From Callorhinchus milii (taxonomy: Eukaryota): DNA of 64,000 nt. The stretch lies in the NCBI RefSeq assembly GCF_018977255.1, contig NW_024704743.1, positions 94,800,001 to 94,864,000 of the forward strand. The letters run 5' to 3'. Shown piece after piece: positions 10,971 through 24,598 of this stretch (its first letter is position 1; the number at the start of each line of letters is the position of its first letter). Below the pieces are notes generated by a model. The model saw only the letters and a program-made list of their open reading frames with translations, did not search any database and was not told the DNA's origin. The position numbers were made by a program, and so were the translations under genes.

Positions 10971-12965
10971 TAAGAACATAAGAATTAGGAGTAGGCCATT
11001 CGGCCCCTCGAGCCTGCCCTGCCATTTGATAAGACCATGGCTGATCTTCAGACCTAACTCTAATTACCTGCCCTATCCCCCTAATCCCTCTATTTTTTAA
11101 AAATCTATCAGTCTCAGCCTTGAAGATGTTCAAGGACTGAGCATCTACAGCCTTCACCCTCTGAGTGAAGAAATGTTTCCTCAATTCTGTTATAAAAGGC
11201 TGACCCTTAATTTTAAGACTGTGACCCCTGGTTATAGATTCTCCACCAGGAGAAACAGACTCTCGGTGTCTACTTTATCCAGCCCTTTAAGAATCTTATA
11301 TGTTTCAATAAGATCTCCCCTAATTCTTCTGTACTCTAGAGAATATAGCCCTAGTGTATTCAGCCTATCCTCATAGGTCAGTCCCCTCATCCCAGGAACT
11401 AACCGAGTGAATCTACGCTGCACCCCCTCTAGGGCAAGTATGTCCTTTTTTAAATAAGGAGACCAAAACTGCACACAATACTCCAGGTGCGGTCTCACCA
11501 AGGCCCTATACAGTTGCAGCAAGACTTCCCTACTCTTGTACTCTAAACCTTTTGCAATGAACGCTAACATGCCGTTCGCCTTCTTAGTTGCTTGCTGCAC
11601 CTGCAAACTAACTTTTTGAGACTGATGTACAAGGACACCCAAATCCCTCTGAACACTAATCTCTCCCCCTCTAGAAAATAATCTGTTTTTCTATTTTTTC
11701 TACTTAGGTGAATAACTTCACACTTCCCCACATTAAATTCCATCTGCCACCTATTCGCCCACTCCCCTAGCCTATCTATATCCCATTGCAATCTTTTTGC
11801 ATCATCCTCAGAGCTTACTCTCCCACCTAGTTTAGTGTCATCCGCGAATTTAGATACGTTACATTCAATGTCCTCGTCTAGATCATTGATGTAAATTGTA
11901 AATAGCTGAGGCCCAAGCACTGATCCTTGTGGCACTCCACTAGTCACATCCTGCCAATTCGAGAATGACCCGTTTATCCCTACTCTCTGTTTTCTACCCG
12001 TTAGCCACTCTTCAATCCATGCTAATATGTTCCCATTAATCCTGTGGGCCTTAACCTTGTGCAATAGCCTTTTGTGTGGCACTTTGTCAAATGCCTTTTT
12101 AAAATCTAAATATACTACATCTACTGGTTCCCCCCTATCTAACCTGCTAGATACATCTTCAAAAAACTCTAAAAGATTAGTTAAGCATGACTTCCCTTTT
12201 GTAAAGCCATGTTGACTCTGCCTAATCTTGTTATGGTCTTCCAGGAATCCCATAACGACATCTTTAATTAAGGACTCAAGAATTTTCCCTACCACTGATG
12301 TCAGACTAACTGGTCTATAGTTCCCCATCTTTTCTCTCCCACCCTTCTTAAATAGTGGTGTTACGTTTGCAATCTTCCAATCAATGGGAACCGTTCCAGA
12401 ATCCAGAGAATTTTGGAAGATCAAAGACAAGCCATCCACTATCTCAGTAGCCACCTCTTTTAAAACCCTAGGATGTAGGCCATCAGGTCCAGGAGATTTA
12501 TCAGTTTTAAGACCTGACAATTTACCTAAAACCATTTCTTTACTAATATTAATTCCCCAAGTTGCTCGCTAACATTATCTTCTTGGTTCCCCTCTATTCT
12601 TGGTAGGTTTTCAGTGTCTTCTAAGGTGAAGACAGTAGCAAAGTACTTGTTTAATGACTCTGCCATGTCTTTGTCCCCTACTATAATTCCTCCCGTCTCT
12701 GCCTGTAGCAGACCCACATTTACCTTTGACAGCCTCTCCCTCTTTATATATTTATAAAAACTCTTGCAGTCTGTCTTTATGTTCCTCGCTAGTTTGCCCT
12801 CATATTCCATTTTCTCCCACTTAATCACTTTTTTGGTTCTCCTTTGTTGATCCCTAAAGTTCTCCCAATCCTTGGGTTTACTACTCATCTCAGCTGTTTT
12901 ATAGGCTTCTTCCTTTAACTTTATACTTTCCCTAACTGCTCTAGTTAGCCACGGTTGGGCCACTT
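10971..12965 (-). mobile_element. CR1 LINE, 5'-truncated, RT domain with frameshifts
   Basis: ORFs 12526-12963, 11564-12535 and 11232-11642 contain [45 protein letters not shown] and LVRPHLEYC, ending in a cttatgttctta 3' terminus. Confidence 0.95.
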
Positions 12966-15900
12966 TTCAGGCCACCTTTCATAAAAATTCATGAAATAAT
13001 TTTTCAATACGTTTTGTAGAAAGACAACAGAAGGGTTAACTCAGAACTGCCAGCTGTACCATTAAACCACATCGCACCACAAAGCAGAGGAGGCAGGTTT
13101 GATACACCGCTGTGCTCAGTTCCTGATTTGAGCTGCTCTGGGCAGCCTTGGGGGTTGAGTCCACATGGTCTCCCAGACGGGGGAAGGGGCATAGTTGGGA
13201 GAATGCTGGCACCCCATCACCATCAGAGGACTAATATTGGAAAACAGTCTGTGCTCTTGAAAGCAGAAGCACAGATAGAAAATGAGGCTGTTCGTGCTTC
13301 ATCTCTGGGTAAGCAAATCATCATCAACAACAACATAGTTTGCAATACGATAACATGGTGGTAAATGCATAATACTTTTGGTTCATCTGACTCGGCACTA
13401 AATAGTCTGAACAAGAACACAGAGTCCAGAGTTGGATTCAATATTTAAACCTGAAAGGGGAGGATATCAATTGTCAGGAGCTGGGGAAGATAGCAAATAT
13501 TGCCTGGTTGGTGTTGTTGGAGATGAAATTTCTCAACTACAATATAATATACAATATAACATTGGAGAGGATGGCAGCACACATCCTTGACTGGACCACA
13601 AGACAGCTTTGCTTTATCGAAATGACCGTGCCTCTAAATTTATAAAATTCAGCTATTTAGATATTAGACAAAGCATTTATGGAATTTGACAGGAGACTGC
13701 TGTATCTACGCAAGACCAGATAAGGAGTTTTCTAATGCAGGAAGGCATGAGATTCTTTTTAAAATAGAAAAAGATGTGAAAGGATTTTACAATAAAATTC
13801 TCTATAAACATATTAACCCCGGAGAAGTCGAAGGATGACTCCTTTTTATATAGAATGTGGATACTATTTCGTGATTTGGCAAATTAGTTCAGGGACCGTA
13901 AGATAGTATTAGTAAAATGGTGTGAATATTTGGCTGAAAGCTCAACTATTTGATGTGTCAATAAAATGCAGATATTCACATTAAAGTGTTTTAATATGCA
14001 CTGGCTAGCAATGTTTTTTTACGCCCTCCAAGATTCTTGTGGCACAGAAAGCATTGGGCTGTGCTGCTGGATTCAAGCAGACTCACTCCTTATTCAAAAG
14101 CGCAATTTGTACACAGATATGGAGCTTTCATGCTTCATTGCATGCAGACGAATAGCTGATCTAACACAGTAATCAGAATCCCATTCAAGCTGTGCTGCTG
14201 CTGCTGAATGTTCAAAGACCAACGTCAGTTGTGCCATAGAGAGAGAGTACCAAACAGAAGCTGAGCGCTTCTTTACAGCTAAGGGTTGGTGAATCATCTT
14301 AACTATGTCACTGGCAGGCTGTTGGGCAGCATTAGGGTAGACCTAGCAGCAGGTCAGCTGCTTGATTCATAATGGCCAAGGTCGTTGTTTGCCATAAGGA
14401 GACTAAGACAGGGGAAAGGAAGAAAACTAATAATTATCTAAAGGATCAGGTAACAAACCAGGAAATATGTAAAGTGTAACCCAATGTGCAGCGTGCATGC
14501 ACACAGAATAAGATGAACTGGAAATCACAGTAGTAAACATGCTGATGGTAGTTGGGAATCGAATTATCACAGCGAGTAATGTTGGAATGCTACCGGTGTA
14601 AACATTTTTAATAAAATAAAAACCTATTTAAGATTTTTGGGGGTCCGCTGGTATCTAATAGATGCAGGAACCTAACGCACCTCTTGCTTCAGGGTACAAG
14701 GGTAACAATCTTTGGATTTCACATAGGGTTGACCAGTCTCAAAGCTCTTCACATGTAGCACAAAATTATGGATAAGGAAAATTACCGTACCCTCTTTCAG
14801 AATTACAGCATAGCACTGCAGTTAAAATCTTGAGGTGAGTGATGCACGAGGGAATATGGCATGCTTCTGAATTTATCTCTGGAACAGATGTTTTGATGAG
14901 TGAAACTAGACTCACAGACAACATGGGAGCTGCGTTCTGCCATAAACATGAATTATGCTGGGTTTTATGCTCTCCAAAGTGTTTTAATATGCATCGACTT
15001 TCAACTGCAAAAAGATAGGTAAAAACTTCTCAAACCCCATTCTGGATATTATTATAACCTCTCCCACATCCTCTTCCCTACCCCCTTGATTTAGGATCTC
15101 TGTGTCATGTACAAATCAGCAGCTGGCATGCAGACAGGCTATGTAATTCCTCTGTGACAAGTTGCTGCTGGGAGTTATATGAGAGTGGCCTAGGGCGACG
15201 TCTCCCACAGGTTTCCTCTGCTCCCCTCACGTCTGCTCAGCACCTTCTCCTGACAGCCTGCCACAGCATCATAACTCAGCATGAGGGGAAATCTCTGGTA
15301 AAAATTCCAGCAAGTTTACGGACCAAAGAAAAATATATCAGCTTCTTTATATGAGCTTTGTACAAAGGTCACCTCACAATTCAGTTCAAATGTTACTCAA
15401 TGTTGCCCATTAAGATACCAAATCTACAAACTTGCATGTTCTGGCATCAGTATTTCAAGTATTTTTATTTGATTTCAAATGTTTAAATTAAGCTTCCTTG
15501 AACGCTCAGTGGCCTGTGTGACGATAAGTCATACAAAACCAGAGAGCTGCAGCTTCAAATTCCAGTCTGCTGAGTTAGGTGATCTCACAATACACTGTGG
15601 TTATGATAGTTTCAGCCACCCGAGCCCAGGAGTGGAAAAAGTCAAATGGAAACCACAGTACTATATTGAGACTGGGGTTATGGTGCAGGAGAGTTTCAAT
15701 GTGTCCTATACCCGACCTTGAAATGCTAACCCAAAAAGTAAGAAAGTGCTTCATTTCTGAGCGAAAATGTATAAACATGAATGAGGCAAATTCAACTTGC
15801 AGTGCCTGGGTATCCGACAACAGATGTGTATTATTAAGTACAAGACAGAAAGGTCCTGTAATGTTCTTTCACCAAATTCAATGTTTCTTATGATGCAATG

Positions 15901-17283
15901 AAGGCCCCAAATAAATGTTAACCAATTAGTTGTTGAGATGATGGTCTCAGAGAAAATGGAGTAAAGTGTACTTGAAATTTTTTTATTTTGCTCTTTACAT
16001 GTGATGGGAATAATAACTTTATAATTTTAAATGACAGAGGAGTCTATTATGCCATAAGTACAAACCATATGTAAACTCATGTGTACTGAGGAATTACACA
16101 TGCCATCAAAAGGATGCATCTTATATAATTAATGTGTCAGAATTGTGCACTGGTAATGTAGGATAGCCTCCTATTCAGTTCTGAAAGGGAAGCTTAAATA
16201 ATGAATGATCCAATAGCTCACTTCAAGTTTCTAGCTGAACGTAGATTGTTCATTCAAATAAAACTAACCTCAAACCTCAAGGACAATGCATTGAAAATAC
16301 ATTTGTATGTTTTTTTTGTCAAATTTTCTTCTCCATTTTTCTCACCTTTTGAAAGTTTACTCTTTTTTCTTCCACTTTATCTAAAGTGGAATTGTTATTC
16401 ATGTGCAACAATGAAGGTTTGAAGGCTCTCAGTGAACATCACATACCTGATCATGTCCACATCTGAAGGACACAAGTGCACAATTTCCAGCAGGGCATCT
16501 CCTGAAAGTGATCGGTGGTTCCTGACTCAGTCTGCCTCAAACAAGATTCATGCAGAATTGTGCAAAATTCTTAATTTCAAAGCTCTTTTTTTAAAGAACT
16601 GTGGAAAACTGGAGTCCAACTTAAGGCTGAATTAATTTTTTTTCACATTTCTGTGCAATTTTGAATTTTATGACAAAGTAGTTTTATAACCTAAGACTAG
16701 GTGGGATCGTAGCCCTCTGCATCAGAAACCCTGGCTGATATTTATCTTCCTGACTCAGGAACACCAAAATCTGTTGTATGCACTCCAATTGCATTTCTGA
16801 ATAAGGTCTCCCACAAAACACAAAGCCACTCCACTTTACAGTATATCCCGTGAAGTGCTTTGGAACATCCTCCTAAAAAGGCACTATACCAAATATAAGA
16901 GTAAGGATTATAGATCAAATACAGACAGCACAGAGAAGGAAAAAAGCCTGTGACTTTTTAGATTGCATGATCATATCTTTACCCATTTAACTATCAGAGA
17001 TGAATCTTACACTAGTTTCTATTTTCAGAGAGCAGCATCACATAAAGTAGCCTTATCTTTGATGAACTAGTCATTATTTCATTAGTAAGTGATGAGACCT
17101 AATGTTCTCAGTTGAATGTTATTCCAGCAACACATTTGCATTTATGTAGCTCCCTTCACGAGTTCTTAAAAGTCATGGAGCTTGAGGCTGGGCTGAGGGG
17201 AGAAGTGAGTGTAGAAAGTCAGAGAGTCTTCAGGTATGACCTGAACACAGGCAGGAGGAGGTAAAGCAGAGGGATTATAATAT

Positions 17284-17584
17284 AATAATAATAATCCTTG
17301 CATTTGATATATCGGTTTTCACGTCTTCTAGACGTCTCAAAGCGCTTCACAGAATATACTGTAAAGTGAATTGACTGTACATTTGTGGGTGAATGCAGCA
17401 GCCAATTCCGCACAGCAGCGTCCCACAAACAGTTGTGGATTGAAGTGACCAATTTATTATATATTTTTTTGAGGGATTATTATCAGGCATGTGGGGTAAG
17501 GAAACCTGCCCAAGGTGTTGCCCTGCCAGGAATCGAACCCAGGTCTCTCGCTTGCGAAGTGAGTGCTCTAACCACTGAGCTACA
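17284..17584 (-). mobile_element. tRNA-derived SINE
   Basis: Same family as 2076-2410, in reverse orientation. Confidence 0.9.
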
Positions 17585-17586
17585 AG

Positions 17587-17822
17587 TTGGGCAAGTTTCC
17601 TTACTCCACACGCCTAATAATAATCCCTCCAAAACAAAACAATAATAAATTGGTCATTTTCAATCCACGATTGTTTGTGGGACACTGCTGTGCGCAATTG
17701 GCTGCCGCGTTTCGCCCACAAATATATGGTCAATTCACTTTACAGTCTATTCTGTGAAGCGCTTTGAGACGTCAAGAAGACGTGAAAAGCGCTATATCAA
17801 ATGCCAGGCTTATTATTATTAT
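17587..17822 (+). mobile_element. tRNA-derived SINE, 5'-truncated, abutting the previous copy as an inverted repeat
   Basis: Starts at ttgggcaagtttccttactcc and ends in (att)n. Confidence 0.9.
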
Positions 17823-17829
17823 AGGACTC

Positions 17830-18250
17830 CACAGGATTGAGGTGATGGTTAATGAAGGAAAAGAGTTTGGTGCACAGTGACTGAAAGCACAACCACTGAT
17901 GGTGGAGTGGAGAGGACGAGGGACAGGCAGGAGCCATTTGAAGGAAGGTGGCGGTTAGTGGGATGGAGGTAGAGGATAGTGTAAGCAGATTGGAGAAGTA
18001 GGGAGGTGCCAAGCCATGAAATGATTTGTACGCAAGTGCAAAGATCTTGTGATAGGGAACCAGTGGAGCCTGGCAAGGACTGGGGTGATCATGGTAAGGA
18101 TTTATTGCGGGAGAGGACACGGGCAGCGGAGTTATTAATTAATTGGATTTTATGAATGGTGGAGCTGGGGAGATTGGAATAAGCACGGTGGGAGGTTTCT
18201 GCTGAGTTGGGTGTGCAAGCAATGTGGCAAAGATGAAGGAAAGCAGTCCT
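17830..18250 (-). mobile_element. Old L2 fragment
   Basis: KIFALAYKSFHGLAPPYFSNLL motif in ORF 17797-18120. Confidence 0.7.
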
Positions 18251-19196
18251 GGTCAAGGACCACGACCACCAACAGCAAATTACCTAAAAGTTAGCCTTTT
18301 TTTTTACTACATGAAACCAGCAGGCATTCCTCATGCACAGTGATATCACCAGTCATGTGAGTGTCCCGACGAGTCCTCATTGAGTGATCATGCCCCATTA
18401 TACAGCTGGTTGGAATTTTATTTTTATTTATTGGTCAACTTGGTGTTTGATGCATGCGGAAAGCATATTTAATAGTATTCAAAACAGACTGAGGGTTCCA
18501 TGCATGCTAGCTAGACATGGAAATTCATGTGTTTGGATAGAATTTGCACTTGCTCCTCGAAGGAACACATTCTGCCCTAATTCCGGGTAACAGGCACAGG
18601 TTAGCAAAAGCCCCTCCAAATCCAAAGGCCCTCCAAACCCAGGCTGACTGGTCTGTCAGCAGCAATAATGACCCCAACTACCACATTCTAAAGGAGGCTC
18701 TACTGAATGAGCAGAAATTAAAGCAGGAATTTGGGAAATTGTTGCTTCTGAAATTAGAGTAATTTGTTCAAGCCTCCCTTGAGACTGGAGTCTTGTGATG
18801 GTTAATGAAGGAAGATGAACAGTCTGGATTCCACCAATTACTGAATTTCCTTAATTACAGTTCATAATTCTGGTGGTTAGCAACTATAGTTGATACAACT
18901 AGACTGTGCTGAGATCCTACCAAATCTCCCACTGCATTCTGCGCCCTTTAAAATCTATACTTTCCCCACCTTTTCTTTTCCTGGGTTTCTCCAAACCTCA
19001 CCAACCCCACAAAAGAGCATAGAAAAGTAATATCCTTCAGCTGAAGACAGATCCTCCCAATAGCTGTTCAAGAAGACTTTGCACTCCCTCTGGAAAAGCA
19101 CCTGGGCCATGCTGGCTGACACAGCTGCTACTGGTAACAGTACCAAAGCCATGATCTCATAGTTTAGGCTGACACCCCAATGTATTGCCAGCTGTC

Positions 19197-19271
19197 CTGT
19201 CTTTCCAATGAGACATTACACCTAGGTCTAGTCTGTCTTTCCAATGAGACATTACACCTAGGTCTAGTCTG
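19197..19271. repeat. Perfect 36-bp tandem duplication
   Basis: CTGTCTTTCCAATGAGACATTACACCTAGGTCTAGT x2 plus CTG. Confidence 0.95.
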
Positions 19272-20854
19272 CCCAGAGATCCCATGAAACTGTTTGAAAA
19301 GAGTATGTTTCTCACTGTGTCCTGGCCAGCAATCCTCCAGATGAACTGATTATTCAGGATAGTTACGGTCTTACTGGGCACAAGTAGCTGATGCATTGCC
19401 TACAAAAACACTCTACCAATCATTAAATATTTGTGAAATTTTTGATACAGCCCCATAATAATGCAAGTTCTTCCATCCCTAGTATCTCTCTGTGTCAGTG
19501 CATTGGAATCCAACCCCCCCCCCAACCCCCACCGCTGCTGCAGTATTAACATGACTCTCTCAGACCGGATCATACATTTTATCTGCATGAAGCAAATTCA
19601 AGCCGTGGCTGTCTGCCAGTTGGAGCTGGTTTCCCTCTGGTGGAAACTGATGGAAATTAATGCGAGCAAAGAAAAAGTTGTGAATTGAAAAAATATATAA
19701 AATGGAATTCCAACTTGTTGCAAGGAAAAACAAAGATCGAGACTGGCTAAAAGTAAAGATTAGGTTGGAACCATCAAAATTTATTTTAGAAATTAAAATT
19801 ATTCATTAAAATGAGTTTGTTATTTTTGAAAATGTATAATATAAACAATAATAAATAACAATAATCCACACATTTGTCAGCTCGTTTCACCTCAGGAGGA
19901 CCTCTCAATGCATTTCACAAGAATTAGTACAAGTGTAACGACCTTATGTATTTTGTAGGCAATCACTCAAAACAAAATTAGAAACAATATTGATAATAAA
20001 ATATGAAAATAAAACTAAAGGTAAATTTAAAATAAATAAATAGGTAAACCAATTAAATAGAAAGTACCCATCCCTACTAGAGAGCTCCAATCACCCCCAA
20101 TCTGAACCATGATTTAAGAATCTGCTATCAACAACAACAATTTGCATATGTATAGCTCCCTTCATACGGGGTAGAGTCCCAGAGCGCTTATCGCATCAAT
20201 CATTCCCAAAACACATGGATAAAATACAAGTTCAGACTTGCTTTAGTTACAAAGTTTCTTTCAGGCTGTCAATAAACAATAGATCTGTGAACCTGACCTG
20301 CCACATGCACTTGCCACTTCAGCAATCAAAATTGCAATCTAAACTGGTCTAGTCATGCCCTGTGTATAAAAGATTTTAGACAGTCTCAGTTGACTTTATA
20401 ATTCTGCAGAATATCCAATACAATTTGATGCTAGTACCACTTCTCTCTTGTGCATCTGTACATTATAGTTTGCTGACCCATTCTTCTTGTCTATTCCCCA
20501 GGTGTAGATTGGGCACTTGAAAAGAAAATACTATTCTTGAAAAAGATCCAACACAGCACAGTATTCGAGTATCAACTCAAGACAGTGCTAACAACTGAGC
20601 CAGGCTGATACTTCTACCAAATGAATGCAATCAACTTCATTAAATCTTCATACAGTACCTTAGTTTCCCAGCATCATGAATGGTAAGTTTGCAATTAAAT
20701 CCACTTGTGGCAGCAGACAACATGCCAATTGACATGACCGCTTCCCTCACTTGCCCCCACCAAGCATGTCTATGAGTTATGTATTGGTGTCACTTGAATT
20801 AATTTTCTATGTATCTTGTTAACTGTATTATCTTGCTTGATGTATCTTGTTAAC

Positions 20855-21390
20855 TGCTTGTCTGGCGGATATCAGGGCATGGATGAGCAGAAACTTCCTA
20901 CAACTCAATGTTGACAAGACAGATGCCATACTCAATGTCCCCCATTAACATCTTCTATCCTGTGGCTCCGACCTCCTCAACCTTCCCGGCCTGTCCCTAA
21001 GACTTACCGAACCAGTGCGCAACCTAGGTGTCAGGTTCAACCCACAGCTGGCCTTCCTTCCCCACATCCATCCCTGACCAGGACTACGTTCCTCCGTATT
21101 GCCCGCCTTACCCCAGCGGAAACACTCGTCCGTGTGTTTGTCACCTCCCGACTCGACTTTTCAAATGCTCACGTTCCCGGTCTCCCCAGTTCCACCATAC
21201 ACAGGATACAGCTGATACTGCCGCCTGCATACTCACCCGCACTAAACTCTGTACCACCATACCGCAGATCTAGCCACGCTCCACCTGCTCCCTACCACCG
21301 AACTGATCAATTTCAAGATCCTCACATTCGTTTTCAAATCCCTTCATGCCCCGGCACCTCCCCACCTCTCTGAACCAGCTTAACCCCCAT
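20855..21390 (+). mobile_element. L2 ORF2 C-terminal fragment
   Basis: WMSRNFLQLNVDKT and FVTSRLDFSNA motifs, degraded. Confidence 0.8.
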
Positions 21391-22214
21391 TGATTTCATA
21401 TCACAATTCAAATTCAGTTAGTGTACATTAAACCTCCAGCTTTACATTTCATGGACCATGCTTTGAATTTTGGAAGATTATAAACTTCTTTCTACTAATT
21501 ATTAATGTAACTTCTGGACTTTTGATATATAAATAGATACAAACATTTTGGAGTTGTAAAATCATGCCGAAAGCCTGCTTAATCGACACATAAATACATT
21601 TGAAGACTTTAGTCATCTATTGCAAATATCTACGCTCCTTACCAAAACCTATTATTTGTTTTTAAATGTTAAATGGACTGATAAACATTTGGTAATTTCC
21701 ACCTGAAGAAACTGCAGTCAAAGAACATGAAACAAATGGCGTTTGACAAAAAAACCTTGCTTTCAGACAGTGTATTTTGGTTCTTTTTTTAAAAATTGCT
21801 CCTCTAGGTCTGGTTGGAAACTTATCTTGCAAACCTGACCAACACATTTTTTAAAATGTCAGTTTTGACAGCAACGACTTTGTATTAATATAAAAGATGA
21901 ACATATTTTTGCTTGGACCTTCTTTATTTCTATTAGAAACAGTGAGCACCAATAAACACTCACTAGGTTCCTGGCTGGGAGACGTTTCACAATGCGATGG
22001 TTGCTGAAATCCAAGGATTCATTCCTGATGTTAATTCAATTCCCTCCCAATGAACTCCAGAAACCTTCCTGTTGGCAGCTCCTCCAATAAAGTCATCAGT
22101 ACTCTCTGATAACAACTGAACACAAACAAGATATAAAAACCCTCAACAATGGATGATAATTACAATTTTTGATGACATATTTGAAAGGGGATCAGATATT
22201 GTGGAATCCCATAG

Positions 22215-22575
22215 CATAATAAGAATAATAATCCTTGCATTTGATATGGCACCTTATCACATCTTCAAGACATCTCAAAGCACTTCACAGAATATACTGT
22301 AAAATGAATTGACTGTACGTTTTGTGGGCAAAAGGCAGCAGACAATTGCGCACAGCAGTGCCCCACAAACAGTTGTGGATTGAGTGACCAAATTATTATT
22401 TTTTAGAAAAAGGGATTATTACACCCGGAAAAGTGATACCCTAATCAACTAATAAGCGGGTTCCTACTTACTGCTAGGTAAACAGAGGTATGTGGAGTAA
22501 GAAAACTTGCCCAACGCTTTGCCCTGCCCGAGAATTAACTGCAGGTCCTCTCGCTTGTGAGGCGAGTGCTCTAAT
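22215..22575 (-). mobile_element. tRNA-derived SINE, long (older) subfamily
   Basis: Same head and tail as the young SINE, plus an internal ctctgtttacctagcagtaagtaggaacc block. Confidence 0.85.
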
Positions 22576-23384
22576 GTAATACAGATTCATGATCACTCCT
22601 TTACTTTTGTATTCAGTGGCTCTGTATGTAAAACCCTGAATCCTGTTTACCTTTTTAATGTACTTCTCTAGATGGCAGCACTCCTTTTGCTTTAGGTCCC
22701 AGAATACCTTCATTCAGATAGCAATGGAAAGGACTGAAGACCTGCTCAGGAATGTACCACAAATTATTAAAATAAGAAGAATCCAGCTACTGCTGGAGGA
22801 GTCACCAGAAGGGCTCCTGGACAACGTCTGAACAAACTGAAAACTTGAGGAGCATAAGATTAGTGCCTAAAACATGTGTTCTTACCTTTAAACATTGAAT
22901 GTATTTCTGTGCATTCAACTGCCCTATCTCGGAAAAGTAAACGCTGAAGCAAGAAGTCACACAGTATCTTCTGCTCCTCCAAAAGTTTTGGAACAAACTT
23001 GCCACTGGAACAAGGCTAAGTGTGGGGCACATGTTAGTCAGCCTATCTTAGAAGCACATATTGTGGCACATAGCATAGGAGAGGCACTGCATTATTTTCC
23101 CTTCACAAATTAATAGTAAAGCAATACTTGAATAAGTAACTGATTACAGCAAAGTAATCCCAAACTCCAGGAATGCCATCACAGCAACTATGTATTTCAC
23201 TATAGATTTGTGTTGAGGGACAGGGGGAACAACATGGAAACTATGTTGCTAAAACTTCAGGTCCAAAATAGACGTTAAATTGCTGTTTCACACTTTCTGT
23301 TGCCAAAATAATTATGACCTATGACGAAAATCAGGAGTAAAATAACACCTGAATTTCAACAATACTAAAGGGATCATTTATTTA

Positions 23385-23795
23385 TAATAATCATTTTTGC
23401 ATTTGATATTATGCCTTTCACATTGGGAGGATGCATCAAAGCTCTTATAGGATATACGGTAAAGTGTAGTGACTGTGTATTTTGTAGGTGAATATATGTG
23501 CACACAGGAATATCCCACAAACAGCTGTGAAATTAATGTCTAATTTTATTTAGGGGATTGTTGACCAGGAAAACCTCCCTCTTTTTGAATAGTTCTATGG
23601 AATATTTATGTTCTACCTTAACAGGCAGACAGGACCTCAGGTTAATGTTTTGTTTGAAGTATGGCACTTCCAACAACCCAGCACACCGTAGCACTGTTCT
23701 GGAGTGTCATCTTAGATTATAAAATTTAAAAATCCCAATGTGGGTCTTGAAACCACAACCTTCCGAGTCAGAGGTGAGAGTGTTACCAACTGAAC
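23385..23795 (-). mobile_element. Deu-domain SINE, old
   Basis: Collinear with 7310-7735. Confidence 0.7.
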
Positions 23796-24562
23796 TTATG
23801 CTTCTTTGGTTTGAAAACGTATTTGGTTTCTTCCCCAATTAGCCAAACAGGCTGAAGCCTCGAAAAGGTGCATAGAAGCTGACTTTCATATCACATAAAT
23901 ATTCCGATTGGTTTAACAATACATTTGATATTGATCCAAGTTGAATGGTCCTCGGATCTCAAAACTGTTCTTGATGTCTGTCAAGCCAAGTCTTCCGGAT
24001 TGCAGTATTTGATTACTGGCCAGCGAGATACAAGCCTGCTAACTGAATAAAACCTCTGAGCAGCCACTACTCCATTAACTGATAGTCGAATGCTTAGATC
24101 CGCAAGCTAAATGTCCAGAAGACATAGCTTCACAAACATCAGAACTGAGAATGATGTCGGGATTTCAACTCTGCCACATTCAGGGAACAGTGCTAATTTG
24201 ATCAGCAAGTTCCCACAAACCGCCATTAATAATAATAATCCTTGCATTTGATATAGCGCTTTTCACGTCTTCTAGACGTCCCAAAGTGCTTCACAGAATA
24301 TACTGTAATATATTAAGCAAATTACCAATTTATCTGCAGGACCATTGGCCAGACCCTGGAGGAATAGTCAAGGGATCTTTAATATCCACCAGAACAGGCA
24401 TAAGGGATCTTGATTTAAAGGCTCTTCCAAACACCGTCTCCCATGAGAATGCAGTGTTTTCGATTACTGCATTGGAGTGTCAATATAAACTATGAGCAAA
24501 CAACCAAGCACAATCTTCTGACCCAAAGATGACAGTGCTAACAACTAAACAAAGCTAGCATA

Positions 24563-24565
<3 letters not shown>

Positions 24566-24596
<31 letters not shown>
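24566..24596. repeat. (TA)n microsatellite
   Basis: About 15 perfect TA units. Confidence 0.95.

Positions 24597-24598
<2 letters not shown>

Noticed and set aside
11564..12535. RT ORFs (also 38655-39665) as functional or domesticated genes
   Set aside because: They are flanked by frameshifts, stops and truncations typical of dead LINE copies.
19560..19700. Non-repetitive intronic stretches that look like conserved enhancers (also 7800-8320, 14100-14400)
   Set aside because: Conservation cannot be judged from one sequence and no diagnostic structure is visible.
20655..20770. Possible extra ASXL3 exon ending AACTAAG|gtactg on the minus strand
   Set aside because: The open frame ends in phase 2, incompatible with phase-0 exon 2, and there is no clear acceptor or homology.
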